Source: Gekko japonicus
Lineage: Eukaryota
DNA: 64,000 nucleotides
Direction of reading: 5' to 3'
NCBI RefSeq assembly: GCF_001447785.1
Contig: NW_015167545.1
Coordinates: forward strand, 693,555 to 757,554
Under the pieces are notes generated by a model. The model was not told the DNA's origin and ran no database searches. It saw nothing but the letters and a program-made list of their open reading frames with translations. Positions within the stretch are counted from its first letter, which is position 1; each line of letters begins with the position of its first letter. Positions 11,619-23,307 of the stretch are shown in pieces. The position numbers were made by a program, and so were the translations under genes.

Positions 11619-12859
11619 CCAAACATGCACCAATCTTGTACCTGCCACAAATGTACAGTAACTGATTTATAGAAAATCAATAGCTGTTACCAATAATTGG
11701 CTTGTGACTTGTGACAATTCCGAACCATAAGCACAAACAAATGTGAGCAAAGGAAAAAACTTTGAAAGTGAAGGAGCAGTAAAACGTTAAAGATGAAGCG
11801 AGGAAGGTGTTTCACTCTAGGCCCTAGCCTGGTAAATTGTGAATAATGTGGCTGAAGAGGCCCCTTCCAGCAAGCCCCTGCTGACCCCTTGGCTCTTAGC
11901 ACCTCCTAGGTAATCCCACCGCCCCCAGGGGGTGGTACCGCCGCTTTGGAAACTTCTGCCCTAGAATGTTCACAAACATTTTACTGCTCAGGGGAAAGGT
12001 TGCAGCAGCAGGATGTTGACAGTTTCTATGAGGGAAGGGAAAGGACAGCATGCATTGGATGAATCCCAATCCCAGTTATCTGATCTACCAAATGGAGGAA
12101 AAGTTGCCTGCAGCAAATGGGCAAGGAAGCAATTTGATGGATTTGCATACTTGATCATGGATCTCAAATTCAAGTCGGTAACAACCCTGTTTGTACATCC
12201 AAATGAAATCTAGCTCACAGAGCTCTGTTGCCTGCATAGCATGTCCACCATTGTAAATGGACAAGTGCCATGGGTGGTTCTTGAAGTCATGCCCTAGTGG
12301 AACTTATTCCTCATCCTATACGTATTGCAAGGCAGTGTGATGTAGTGGTTAGAGGGTTGGGCTAGGACTAGGAGACCCTGGTGCCCACTTGCCATGAAAC
12401 AAACCGGGCGAATTTGGGCCGGTCATTCTCTCTAAGCATAACCTACTTCACAGGGTTGTTGTGAGGATAAAATGGAGGAAAGAACCACATGCACCTTCCA
12501 GGGCTCCTTGAAGGGAGGGCAGGATAAAAATGCACTCGATGCATAAATATAAATATGCAGTCTGGTTGCGGCTTCTTATGGAAGCACTCTTCCTTTGTTC
12601 AGAGGCCCTTTCCATATTTACAAGTTCCTAATCAAAAATACCAGTTCTGGGGATGATCGCTGGCTTTTACTATTTAGAATTTTTTAAAAAGTAACCTCAT
12701 GTCTCCACTTCCAAAACCTATAAGGTAGTTCTTCTCAGAATTTAAAAAAACCAGTATCGGAAGGATATTTAAAACAATATAATAACACCAGTCACCATCA
12801 TAAAACATCAGCTTGAGTGATGCTGACACTAAGCCTTCATGTCCAGCTATAAATAAATC

Positions 12860-13256
12860 CAGGGCTTTTTTTGTAGAAAAAGCCCAGCAGGAACTCATTA
12901 GCATAATAGGCCACACCCAACAGCAGAAACTCATTAGCATATTAGGCCACACCCTTGACAGCACAGCTCGTTAGCACATTAGGCCACACCCCTATGTTAC
13001 CAGAAGTGTGGTCATCCAGCCACACCCACCTTTTGCTTCTTATTCTGTTTACCTTGTTTGTTTTCAAAACCCAGGGCTTTTTTTTGAGCAGGAACTCCTT
13101 CGCATGTTAAGCCACACACCCCCTAATATAGCCAATCCTAATGAGTTCCTGCTGTTGGGTGTGGCCTATTATGCTAATGAGTTCCTGCTGGGTGTGGCCA
13201 ACTTGGGAGCCAGCCGGAACTCCGTTCCTGTGCGTTCCTGCCCCAAAATAGCCCTG
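12860..13256 (+). mobile_element. hAT-type MITE, family A (CAGGGCT TIRs, ACTCATTAGCAT/GGCCACACCC subterminal repeats)
   Basis: Termini cagggcttttt...aaatagccctg. Perfect 8-bp TSD aataaatc. Confidence 0.9.
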
Positions 13257-13323
13257 AATAAATCACCAGACTCCAGAACTGTGGGTCGCAGGGCAAAGCA
13301 TGTGGCCATTTCCCATCAACACC

Positions 13324-13542
13324 TAGGGTTGCCAGGTCTGGGTTGGAAAATACCTGGAGACTTTGGGGGTGGAGCCAGGAAAGGGTGGGGTTTGGGGAGG
13401 GGAGGGGCCTCAGCATGGTACAAGACCATAGAGTCCACCCTTCAAAGCAGCCATTTTCTCCAGGGGAGCTTATCTCTGTCAGCTGGAGATCAGTGGTAAA
13501 AGCGGGAGATCCCCAGGCCCCACCTGGAGGTTGGCAACCCTA
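13324..13542 (+). mobile_element. hAT-type MITE (TAGGGTTGCCA TIRs)
   Basis: tagggttgcca...tggcaacccta, TSD tcaacacc/tcaccacc. An inverted sibling is at 24631-24851. Confidence 0.85.
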
Positions 13543-15469
13543 TCACCACCTCAGGTTTAAAATCTGACAAACCGAGGGACCTGCAAGAGTCATGGGCGGG
13601 TTGATCACATCGACCACACTGATCCCTCTCTCTTTCCAACTGTTCCCCACTCCACCCATTTTCCACTTTCTTTCTTGTCAGCCCTCTTCCCCCATTTCTC
13701 ACTGACCTTCCCAGACTTTTCTCCTTGGTTTTTTGTCTCTATTCCCAGCCCTTTCTCTTCTTCCTCCGCTTTTCCTCCTGCCCGTTGCTACTGCAACCTG
13801 CAGTCACTCTGGAGTTGTGTAAGGCCAGGCTGCACTGCCTCAGTGGCTGGGCAGTCCCACAGGACTGAAAGAGATTTCACAAGATTTTGTGAGATCTCAG
13901 CCTGTGGTCTCAATTTCGGGAAATTGTAAACCCCCTCGCCATTTTTATTTTTTAGTTTGGGGTTTTCCCTCAAGCATATTGAATAATCCCATCTGGGCAA
14001 GGCCCTGTTCTGCAGATTGTTTGATCTGCATTCTGGGGCTATTGTTCAGAAATTGATATATCCCTATTTCTCCCCCCCCTTTAAGGAAACTCCTCTTTGA
14101 ATATGTTTTTGGCCAGACCAGTGTCATCTTGTGGCAGCCGTATCTTCGCTTTGCATCATGCAAGAACTGTTCCGCAATCCAACCTCGGACTGCAGTTGAG
14201 GCAATGCAACATCATTACATAATGGTTTTGGGGACATCGTGACGCAAAGGCCTTGGCAATGACCCACAACCTGCGCCTTTCAGAATTAGCAGACTAGCCT
14301 CGGACTCAATTCTGATCGAACATGCCACCTCCTAGAGCCTAGGAAAAAATTAACAGCTGGACATGTTCCAAGGGTGTTGGCCGGGACACGTGTCTTTTTC
14401 CATTCTGTTGTGCAATGATGCGTCACGGCACATGGGGTTCCAGCCCTGCCCAAGAGCCAAATCTCCCCCTTCCCTGTCTGGCTTAGAACAAATAGGCATT
14501 TTGGGTGCCTTCAGCAAGTCAAGGCTGCCACTAAGCAAATTTAAAGTCCTGATGCACTCATTTTCTCAACACTGCCCCACGACAACCTATCCTGAAGGAG
14601 CTCTAAGGCCTTTTCAGATTCTGGCCATTCCTGTATCACAAATCTGAACTGGCTGTACCATCCCCATGGAGTCTTCGGAACTCTAGTTGTGTAAGGTCTC
14701 TAACAACATCCTCTATTAAACTACAGTTCCCAGGATTCTTTGAGGTTAGCCATGGCCGTTAAACTGGTATAAAGCCAGTGTGTGTGTCACTAGTGTCATT
14801 TGAGTGCCTGTATGTGCTGGGTTCCTGCATTAATATTGCAGGACCACAAAACCCAGCTCTCCTGTGAAGGAAGGATCATCCTATGGTCAAATGCAATGGG
14901 CTAGCTGTTGCTGTTGCCCAACCCTCCAAGGGGACACAAAGTAATTGGAAGCTTCTAATAACATTTCCAGGAACAACCTGCACCCGGAGAGCATATTGCT
15001 GGGGTACATGTTGCACTTTGGAAGCACCCCTTGGATTTAATCAGTGAATGGCCAGGCTTTCGCTATACCAGACCATTCAGCAAGGCCAGATCCAAAAGCA
15101 TTGATGCCTAAGGTGGAAGATCCAAACGGGACCATGTTTATGTACAGCTCTGGAGCCTGAGCAGGAGAACCTTCTGTCAGGTAGTTTCTCTTGGTTGTCC
15201 AGATCTGTCTGGGTCTCACTTTGCTGAAGATCTGCTGCCTTGGTGTAATGTATCCAGTCCAGACAAGTCCTTTGGCAGGGTTGCCGCAGGCCCTTGGCAC
15301 AGAGCTCCTTCTGTATATCCTTCTTGGTTTCTTCCTTCTCTCTGAGAGGTCTAAATACTTGGGGTTCCGGTTTCTAAACTCATGAGTTACCGGTAGGTCG
15401 CGAGCTGCCCCAGAGTGGCTGGGGCCTCCCCCAGAAGACCCGAGAAAAGATCACAAAGAGTTCTACTCT

Positions 15470-16525
15470 TATTTATATTTATTTATTTATTATATTTATA
15501 CCCCGCCCATCCTGCGAGCAGACTCAGGGCGGCTAACAAAGCGGTACAATGTACCTAATTGGCATACCCATAAAAGTCTTAAAACTATATAAAACCAGAG
15601 GTCATTTCGGGGGGGAACGCGGGGGATCGCAATTCCCCTGGGTGAGGTACGGGGGCGGGGCACATGATGAAGCTCCGCCCCCTGCTTCCGGCCGCCCCGC
15701 TTCCGGCCCTCATTCAGCCAGGAGGAGGCAGGAGAAGAGGGAGGGTAAGTTGCTTCCTCCCTGCCTCTCCCCACCCCTGCCTGCCTGGGGCCAGGGAGGG
15801 CCTTCGCGGGGCTTCCTTGCACTCCCGCCGGCCTTGCAGGTCCACCGCCGGGCCCCTCATGGGGCTCGGCAGTGGAGCTGCAAGGCCATGGCGGCAGCCG
15901 GGACCGTTGGGGGCGGGGTGTGTGACCTTATGACACACTTCCGGTGATGTCATGGGGTGTGGCCTTATGACAGACTACCGGTGATGTCAGGGGGTGTGGC
16001 ATATGCTAATGAGTTATGCTAATGAGTCCCCCTAGCTCTTTTTCTACGAAATGACCCCTGTATAAAACTACATAAAACATAGTCAAAACATAAATTAACA
16101 ATTAACAGTAAAGTGCATACAGTACTGAAGATTCGATGGCGTGCTTCCAGATCTCAATCTGCGTTATTCATCCAATCATCATCCCTCGCGCCGATAGGCC
16201 TAGCGATATATCTGGGCCAGGCCTAGGATCCGAGCATTCACTAGGATCATTGGTGGTAACAATAGTGGCGGCTCCTATTGAAAGGCTTGGCGGAAAAGCT
16301 CCGTCTTACAGGCCCTGTGGAACTGTAGAAGGTCCCGCAGGGCCCTGATCTCCTCCGGGAGCTCGTTCCACCAGTAAGGAGCTGCCACAGAAAAGGCTCT
16401 GGTCCTGGTACTGGTGAGCCTTGCATCCTTGGGGCCCGGAATAGTCAATTGATGTTGGGCCCCAGACCGTAGTGCTCTCTGGGGTATAAAGGCGGTCCCT
16501 CAGGTAGGTCGGTCCCTGGTCATGT
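15470..16525 (-). mobile_element. L2 LINE 3' fragment, interrupted by a family B MITE
   Basis: Minus-strand GPTYLRDRL followed by frameshifted L2-like C-terminal sequence, with a (TAAA)n-type tail near 15470-15500. Confidence 0.75.
15596..16060 (-). mobile_element. hAT-type MITE, family B, longer variant
   Basis: Same TIRs as the 11278 copy, perfect TSD tataaaac. Carries about 120 extra internal bp (around 15860-15985) absent from the other two copies. Confidence 0.9.
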
Positions 16526-17263
16526 TGGCTTTTGAAAAACCCTTTTATTTCACAGGATTTGTTTCTGTGCTGCTTAGATGATAGTTTCATTTCTGGGAGT
16601 CTTCCTTGTCCATATTCTTTTTTTCTGGGATAGAACAAAACTTAATAATGTGCTGGGGGGGATAGTAGCTTGGGATATTTTTCATTACTCAGAAGTAGCT
16701 CTCAAGAAAGAAGCGGTTGGAGACCCCTGCTATAGGTGATTTTCAATCAATTGGGTTATTCACTTCCTCTCCCACCCCCTATCCTGGCTAGAGAGTGGAG
16801 GGAAAACCACTTTGAAATGGGGTGCTTTTTTGTGGGGGCATTACTGGATTGCAGAACGCACCTTTTGGTAACCGGGGAGTTTGGTTGACCTTGGAGTAAG
16901 GAGACGGTTGTCCTGGATGGAAGATCGTTTCTCTTTAGGGGGTTCATTAAATAGGAAGCCTTAGATTGGCTCTTTACGTCAATGGTCAGCTCCAGGAAGG
17001 GTTAACTGTGCAGGAGAGCCAACCTTGACTGATTGCCCATCTCTGTGCTGCCCCTACAGCCAGCAAATCAGCGAAGGCAGTGTCCACCCTCCACCGCCAC
17101 CCACTTCTGCTCAAAAGGAGCTGTTCCCCGATAGCTCGGTCTCTACACATAGCTCTCTCTTGGGCACAGAGGGCCTTGTAAAATGTCTCAACACAGGGTG
17201 CAGGGTGGCGATCTCCAAAACAACCTGATCTTGCTCTCGCACAACAGGAAGGTCCCCTCCAGA

Positions 17264-17403
17264 ATGTCCTCCCTCATGGAGATGAAGGAAATCTTCCAAA
17301 ACGCGGACGCCGTTTGCTTTGACGTGGACAGCACGGTCATCCGAGAGGAAGGCATCGACGAGTTGGCCAAATTCTGTGGCGTTGGAGACGCAGTGGCGGA
17401 AAT
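17264..17403 (+). CDS. PSPH: Phosphoserine phosphatase, coding exon 1
   Basis: [46 protein letters not shown](M) with HAD motif I DVDST. Acceptor acaacag ends at 17247, donor GTACGT at 17404, 140 coding nt. Confidence 0.95.
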
Positions 17404-18696
17404 GTACGTATGCCTGTTGCTCACTTCCTTCTACAGAATGAAGACGGTGGGGATAGCAAAAGCATTCCAATATATCACTTGCCTGAATTGGGCTGTCTCT
17501 CACCTATTGGTGTACTTTGCTGGTTGTCACATTCTCTCAGATGCTGTGTCCTACCTTTGCCAAACCAGGTTGCCTAATTTTTCTGTAGACAGTGTGATCC
17601 CCCCACCCCCCAGGAGACCAGGTTGAAAAGTTGTGGCCATTTATTTTTTTTGTAAACTTGGGAAAGAGCTGTCTTCTTTTTCTTTCAGGTTGTCAGTGTG
17701 CCTCAAATGATTAACATAGTTATGGGTGGTTGAGGGGGGTTGCAAAACTGTGCTGGTTAGAGATTTTGGGACCTGTTGCCAAGACTGTGCAACTCAGAAG
17801 CAGTTTGGGCGCCTGTTGAGATTCCTTCCTGAGATAACAGCAAAGGTGAATCTGGCCAGCTGGGTTGTTGCAGGACTGGAAGTTGCTTGCCCGCAATGGA
17901 AACGTGAACTGTGCTCTCCTGCTTCTTTAGGTAGCACAGAAGCTTTAAAAAAGAAAGGAACGATAAGGAAATGATTAGAATGGAGTCAGGCACACCACGG
18001 AGTAAACATCACCCCACATCATTTGAAGTTGATCCGGTCACTTCACTCCCAATCTCTTCAACTAATCAGCACCGGTTGTCTGCAGATGATAGCTCTGAAG
18101 CCAATAACCTCCCCCACTTCAGCAGAGAGACTGAGGCCAAAGTCAGGGTAGAAACATATGGACAAACGTCTTTAAAATCATGATCCTGCCTGTTGTTTTA
18201 TCTTTTTATTCCCTATTTTGGCTGTTGTTCTGTTTTAACTTGCTATTAAGCTTTCCTTGAATAATTTTCCTCCCACGAGACAAACCTTGGCTCCTCTGCT
18301 GGATCTTTTGTTGTTTCTCATGTTGTACAGTGCACAGAATGTTAGCCAGATTAAAGCAAGGGCATGTTTTTGCAATCAAGATTTGGTGGCTTTATCTTGG
18401 GGTTGTTTCATGAATGTTATTCTGAGAATAACCCCGGTTACTGTGTGTCTCTGGGGAAGGTGGAAATGCTATACTGTTGTATTCCTGATGGCTTATTCTG
18501 GGCTAAAATGAAATGATTCCATAATTGTGCCTGTAATTATGGCAACCAAGTGTGGTTAACTCTCTTCATTAGATTAGTGGGCCTGTTATCCTGGTATAAC
18601 TGGTTGCAGAATGAGAGAGAGAGAGAGCGAGAGAGAGAGAGAGAGAGAGAGATCTTCTGAAAGGTTTGACCTAAATTTCTCTGGATCTTGATTTAG

Positions 18697-18831
18697 GACG
18701 CGCAGAGCTATGGGCGGTTCAGTAACGTTCAAGGCAGCTTTAACGGCACGGCTGGGCCTCATCCGCCCATCCTACGAGCAGGTGCAGAAGCTAATATCAG
18801 AGCATCCACCTCAGTTAACTCCAGGAATAAG
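18697..18831 (+). CDS. PSPH: Phosphoserine phosphatase, coding exon 2
   Basis: TRRAMGGSVTFKAALTARLGLIRPSYEQVQKLISEHPPQLTPGI(R). tttag acceptor, GTAAG donor, 135 nt, phase-compatible. Confidence 0.96.
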
Positions 18832-20142
18832 GTAAGATGCCTTAGAACTAGATCAAGATGGGTAGCCATGTTCATCTGTCCGTAGCAGTAGAAAAGAGCA
18901 AGAGTCCAGGAGCACCTTAGCAACTAGCACAATTTGTGGCAGGGGATGAGCTTTTGTGAGTCACTGCTCACTGATGTCTGAGTGACTCACGAAAGCTCCT
19001 CCCCTTCCACAAATTGTGTTAGTCTTTCAGATGCTACTGGACTCTTGCTCTTTCTTATTGCCTTAGGACTGGTTGCATTGTCCCAGGATGACGAGACATG
19101 GGAATCAGTGCCATATCGATTTGTTCATATTAATCATGAAGGCTTGGCAGTAGGTTGAGGAACATAAAACACAGGCCGTGTTGAAACAGTGCCCCCCACC
19201 ATTGAAAGTAGAAGCAGGATGGCTTAATTTTCAGCGGAGAAAATCTGTATCTGTGTCTCCTTTTCATTATCTTCCTTTGGCGTATTTACAAAGCGAAAAG
19301 ATCCAAGGAATAGTTTCAAGGGTTGGATTTCAGTATAAAAAGCAATTGGGTAGCAGTGTGGGGAAAGCGCAGAAGCCGCTGCACCAGGATCTAATACAAT
19401 TTCAACTATTTGGGCCATAGGGGCTCCCATTAAGTTGGGCCCCAGTTTGCTAGGCCTCATGGGTTCCAGAGAAAACCTTTGAAACACAGAACTGGAAGGA
19501 ACCGAAAGGGAAGCTAGTCCAGCCGCCCCAAAGCCAGGCCTGTAGCCAGGATTCTGTGGCTTGTGGGGCAAAAATGTTGCTGGTGGGGCTGCCATTATTT
19601 GTCATAATGAAGGGGGTGGCACGCACCCCTCTCCCTCCCCTCCTGCAAGATTTAAAGGGCCCTCCAGCTGATTGATGGGCCATGCGCTCCCTGCCAATCA
19701 GCTGAGGGCCCTTTACATCTTGCAGGAGGGGAGGGAGAGGGGCACGTCCCACCCCCAGCTTCTTCTCAAAAGCATTTAAAGGATCCCTTTAAATGCTTTT
19801 GGGGAGAAGGGGACCGGCCCTTTAAGGAAGCCAGCCCAAGGCAGAACTGTCCATACATCGAGAGAGTGCGCTTGTTTAGCTGGCCCATTTACACACCTGA
19901 ACCTGTGGTCCCTTTCATTTAATGAGCCCCCTTCTGTGTCCATTGCTGTATATGAACCCACAACATTTTCTGACTCTTTATTGTGCTTCTTATAAGTATG
20001 TGATAACGGCATTATGGAGGCGGGCGGGGGGAGGAAGCAGAAGATAGTCCCTTTCAGTGCAGTGACTGCATAAGCTCTTCTTCCAGGCTTGACATTTACC
20101 TTGACGGGCGGCCTTGGCCATTGTCTGTTCTTTTCCTCAAAG

Positions 20143-20288
20143 GGAACTGGTCAGCCGACTCCATCAGCGAGGCGTCCAGGTCTTCCTAGTCTCTGGAGGG
20201 TTCCAGAGCATCGTCGATCATGTTGCTATGCAGCTGAACATCCCAACAGCCAATGTATATGCCAATCGATTGAAGTTCTACTTTAATG
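20143..20288 (+). CDS. PSPH: Phosphoserine phosphatase, coding exon 3
   Basis: ELVSRLHQRGVQVFLVSGGFQSIVDHVAMQLNIPTANVYANRLKFYFN(G) with HAD motif II SGG. 146 nt, GTAAG donor. Confidence 0.96.
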
Positions 20289-20737
20289 GTAAGAGTGCCT
20301 GGATAGCAAATCAGGCTGTTGGATTCTCTTGGGAGTAATAAATATGGACCCCAGGAAACCAGGCTGACTGTGAATTTTTAATCAACAGCTATTACAGATT
20401 AATCTGTACTAAAGGCACAGCAAGAAAGAGTCACATGTGTAGGCTTTTTACATATAGGACCAGATCAAAATGTCCACCTTCCCCAAGATTCTTTAATTAT
20501 TCCCCCCTGCTCAGCCAAGTCCTTTCTCCTCGGTCCAGAACTTAACCCACAACTGCTCCTTTGATGTGTCCTTTGTTTGCCTGTAATCCTCAGTCAACAA
20601 GCAGAGATTAGTTTCACATTGGGAACTCTTGCCTGAAAGTTGCACACCATCCCGTTTTCCATACTCCCGCCCCCCCCAGAAACTGATAAACAGAGCTTAG
20701 CAACTTTTATGATGGCAAGAGAAAAAGAATTCTGAAA

Positions 20738-20938
20738 GAGCCCTGACCTGGATAGTCCAGGCAAGACCAATCTCGTCAGAACTTGGTAGCTAAGCAGGGT
20801 TGTCTTTGGCAACTACTTGGATGGGAGACCTCCTTGGAATACCAAATGTCAGGAGACGGGGGCAGGCTTTATTCAGCCACCTCTCTGAATATCCTCCAAG
20901 CCCCCAGGAGGTGTCAGTCACCAGAGGTGACTTCCAGG
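20738..20938 (+). mobile_element. 5S rRNA-derived SINE
   Basis: aatctcgtcagaacttggtagctaagcaggg...tacttggatgggagacc resembles the 5S box A/C region. Confidence 0.7.
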
Positions 20939-21325
20939 CAGGGCTATTTTTGGGCAGGAACGCACAGGAACGGAGTTCCGGCTGGCTCCCAAGTTGGCCA
21001 CGCCCAGCAGGAACTCATTAGCATAATAGGCCACACCCAACAGCAGGAACTCATTAGGATTGGCTACATTAGGGGTGTGTGTCCTAACATGCAAAGGAGT
21101 TCCTGCTACAAAAAGGCAACAAACAAGGTAAACAGAACAACAAACAAGGTAAACAGAATAAGAAGCAAAAGGTGGGTGTGGCTGGATAACCACACTTCTG
21201 GTAACATGGGGGTGCGGCCTAATGTGCTAATGAGCTGTGCTGTCAGGGGTGTGGCCCAATATGTGAATGAGTTCCTGTTGTTGGGTGTGGCCTATTATGC
21301 TAATGAGTTCCTGCTGGGCTTTTTC
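20939..21325 (-). mobile_element. hAT-type MITE, family A (one end truncated)
   Basis: Near-identical reverse complement of the 12860 and 22784 copies. Confidence 0.88.
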
Positions 21326-21349
21326 CAGTTCCAGTATGGAAGCAGCAGC

Positions 21350-21830
21350 TGAAAAAGCCGTCCTATGTATCCCACAAAACTCACCTCAAATAAGGTTAGT
21401 TCCTGCAGGAAGGCGGCATCACTGAAGCTCTGAGCCACTCTGGGGCTTTAGAGGACAAGGCCAGCACCTTGAACTGAGCCCGGAAGCCGGTTGGCAGCCA
21501 GGGCAACTGATATATCACTGGCGTGGTGAATCATGACCATCAGTGAATACTCTTCCTGCCTTGCTTTGCGCCAGGTGAGGCTTCCAAACTAGCTTTAGGG
21601 CAGCCCCATGTAGAGTGCAGTACAGTAATCTAGCCTAGATAGTTATCAAAGCATGCGTAACCGTGATCAGGTCCATTTCCTCCAGGAATGGCCAGTGCTG
21701 GCATATCAGAATACAGTAGTTAAAAGCACTCCTCAATCACCTGCTTATCCAGGCAGAAAGAAGCATCCAGAAGTATCCCCAAGCCGGGCACTTGCTCCCC
21801 CAGACACCTAGAACAAGCCAAACACCAATT
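21350..21830 (-). mobile_element. L2 LINE ORF2 fragment, degraded
   Basis: Minus strand gives WLPTGFRAQFKVL, resembling the L2 LHWLP...FK motif. Confidence 0.6.
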
Positions 21831-22577
21831 TCCACACCAGCTTTAGAAAAGAGCAAGAGTCCAGTATCACCTTAAACACTAACAACATCTGGGCAGGGGA
21901 TGAGCTTTCGTGAGTCACTGCTCACTTCTTCAGGTCAAGTATCCGAAGAAGTGAGCAGTGACACACAAAACGTCAGGCCCTTCCACAAATATCATTAGTC
22001 TTTTGTGCTATTAAACCCAATGTAATAACATGGCTACCCCTCTGGATCCATACCAGTTTCATTAAGATTAATTTGTTTTATTTATTAAGCTTTATTAAGA
22101 TTCATTTATTAAGATTCATTTTTTCCCACCCATATCTGGTCTTTCATTGGTTCCAGAGACTGAGAGACTGAGAGACTGAGTCAGAAAATACTCAGAGTTG
22201 GAGAGAGGTCGTGGAGTATATGAGCTAAATGGCCATCTCCAATATCACCATGCTTCAGGGGTCGAAAAGAGCTGAGGACGTTCCAGGACGTTCTAAGTTT
22301 ACTGAGCCAGGGCTCAAATCCAGCCAACGCTTAGCCCCAGAGCTTGCTTTGTAATCAACCATGTTTGTGATGTAAAACTTGCTTCTGACCATGGGCAGAG
22401 TATCTGAGTATTCATGGCAAGGAGACTGAGTTCTCCATCAAAGAAGATATTATCTAATGCTTGCGTCTTTATGCACTAAGCACTGTTCTGAAACCCTTGC
22501 AGCAATCCACAGCAGCTCAGAGACACTGCACAGCTGCCATGACTGAATTTCTCTTTGCGGCGTGCATCTCTCTAGGG

Positions 22578-23301
22578 CAGTGGTGGTGAACCTATGGCAT
22601 GGGTGCCAGAGGTGGCACTCAGAGCACTCTCTGTGGGCACGTGTGCCATCGCCCTAGCCAGGGCCAGACCATCATTAAAGTGTCGAATTCTCTGCCAAAT
22701 AATTTTAAGTAAATGAAAGCATTTGGGATTGCTTTCCTTACTTTGTTTGGATCATCTTAAATTAACGTATAAGTGTTTTTCCCCACGGCTCTTTTTGTAG
22801 AAAAAACCCATCAGGAACTCATTAGCATAATTGGCCACACCCAACAGCAGAAACTCATTAGCATATTAGGCCACACCCCTGACAGCACAGCTCATTAGCA
22901 CATTAGGCCGCACCCCCATGTTACCAGAAGTGTGGTCATCCAGCCACACCCACCTTTTGCTTCTTATTCTGTTTACCTTGTTTGTGGTCAAAACCCAGGG
23001 CCTTTTTTTGGAGCAGGAACTCCTTTGCATGTTAGGCCACACACCCCTAATGTAGCCAGTCCTAATGAGTTTCTGCTGTTGGGTGTGGCCTATTATGCTA
23101 ATGAGTTCCTGCTGGGCATGGCCAACTCGGGAGCCAGCCGGAACTCCGTTCCTGTGCGTTCCTGCCCAAAAATAGCCCCGTTTTTTTCTAAAGTAAAACC
23201 TCAGTATTCAGGTTAAATCTCCGTGTTGGCACTTTGTGATAAATAAGTGGGTTTTGGGTTGCAGTTTGGGCACTCGGTCTCTAAAAGGTTCGCCATCACT
23301 G
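22578..23301 (+). mobile_element. hAT-type non-autonomous DNA transposon inserted at the acceptor of PSPH coding exon 4
   Basis: TIRs cagtggtggtgaacct (22578) and aggttcgccatcactg (ending 23301). Perfect 8-bp TSD ctctaggg at 22570-22577 and 23302-23309. Confidence 0.92.
22784..23180 (+). mobile_element. hAT-type MITE, family A, nested in the 22578-23301 element
   Basis: Colinear with the 12860 copy. Slightly mutated termini, imperfect T-rich TSD. Confidence 0.88.
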
Positions 23302-23307
23302 CTCTAG

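Noticed and set aside
12890-12995. Regularly spaced ~26-bp direct repeats with short variable spacers, superficially CRISPR-like
   Set aside because: Eukaryotic context, spacers only about 10 bp and conserved between copies, no cas genes. These are MITE subterminal repeats.
13008-13499. Recurring ORFs of the type MVIQPHPPFASYSVYLVC...NEFLLLGVAYYANEFLL (also 20918, 22932, 28326, 30764, 31326)
   Set aside because: These are translations of family A MITE copies, with frames broken differently in each copy. They are not a gene family.
15037-15440. Two overlapping ~300-nt open frames on the minus strand in apparently unique sequence
   Set aside because: No recognisable homology, start context or splice pattern. 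A tBLASTx search would be needed to revive it.
17183-17263. In-frame upstream ATG giving a 27-aa N-terminal extension of PSPH
   Set aside because: The ATG lies upstream of a good acceptor (ending 17247), so it is probably intronic. Homology begins at 17264.
20738-20860. 5S rRNA or tRNA genes (also 10955, 29285, 43568, 46494, 49320, 52825, 62158)
   Set aside because: Diverged heads fused to SINE bodies and tails. None is a full-length structural RNA.
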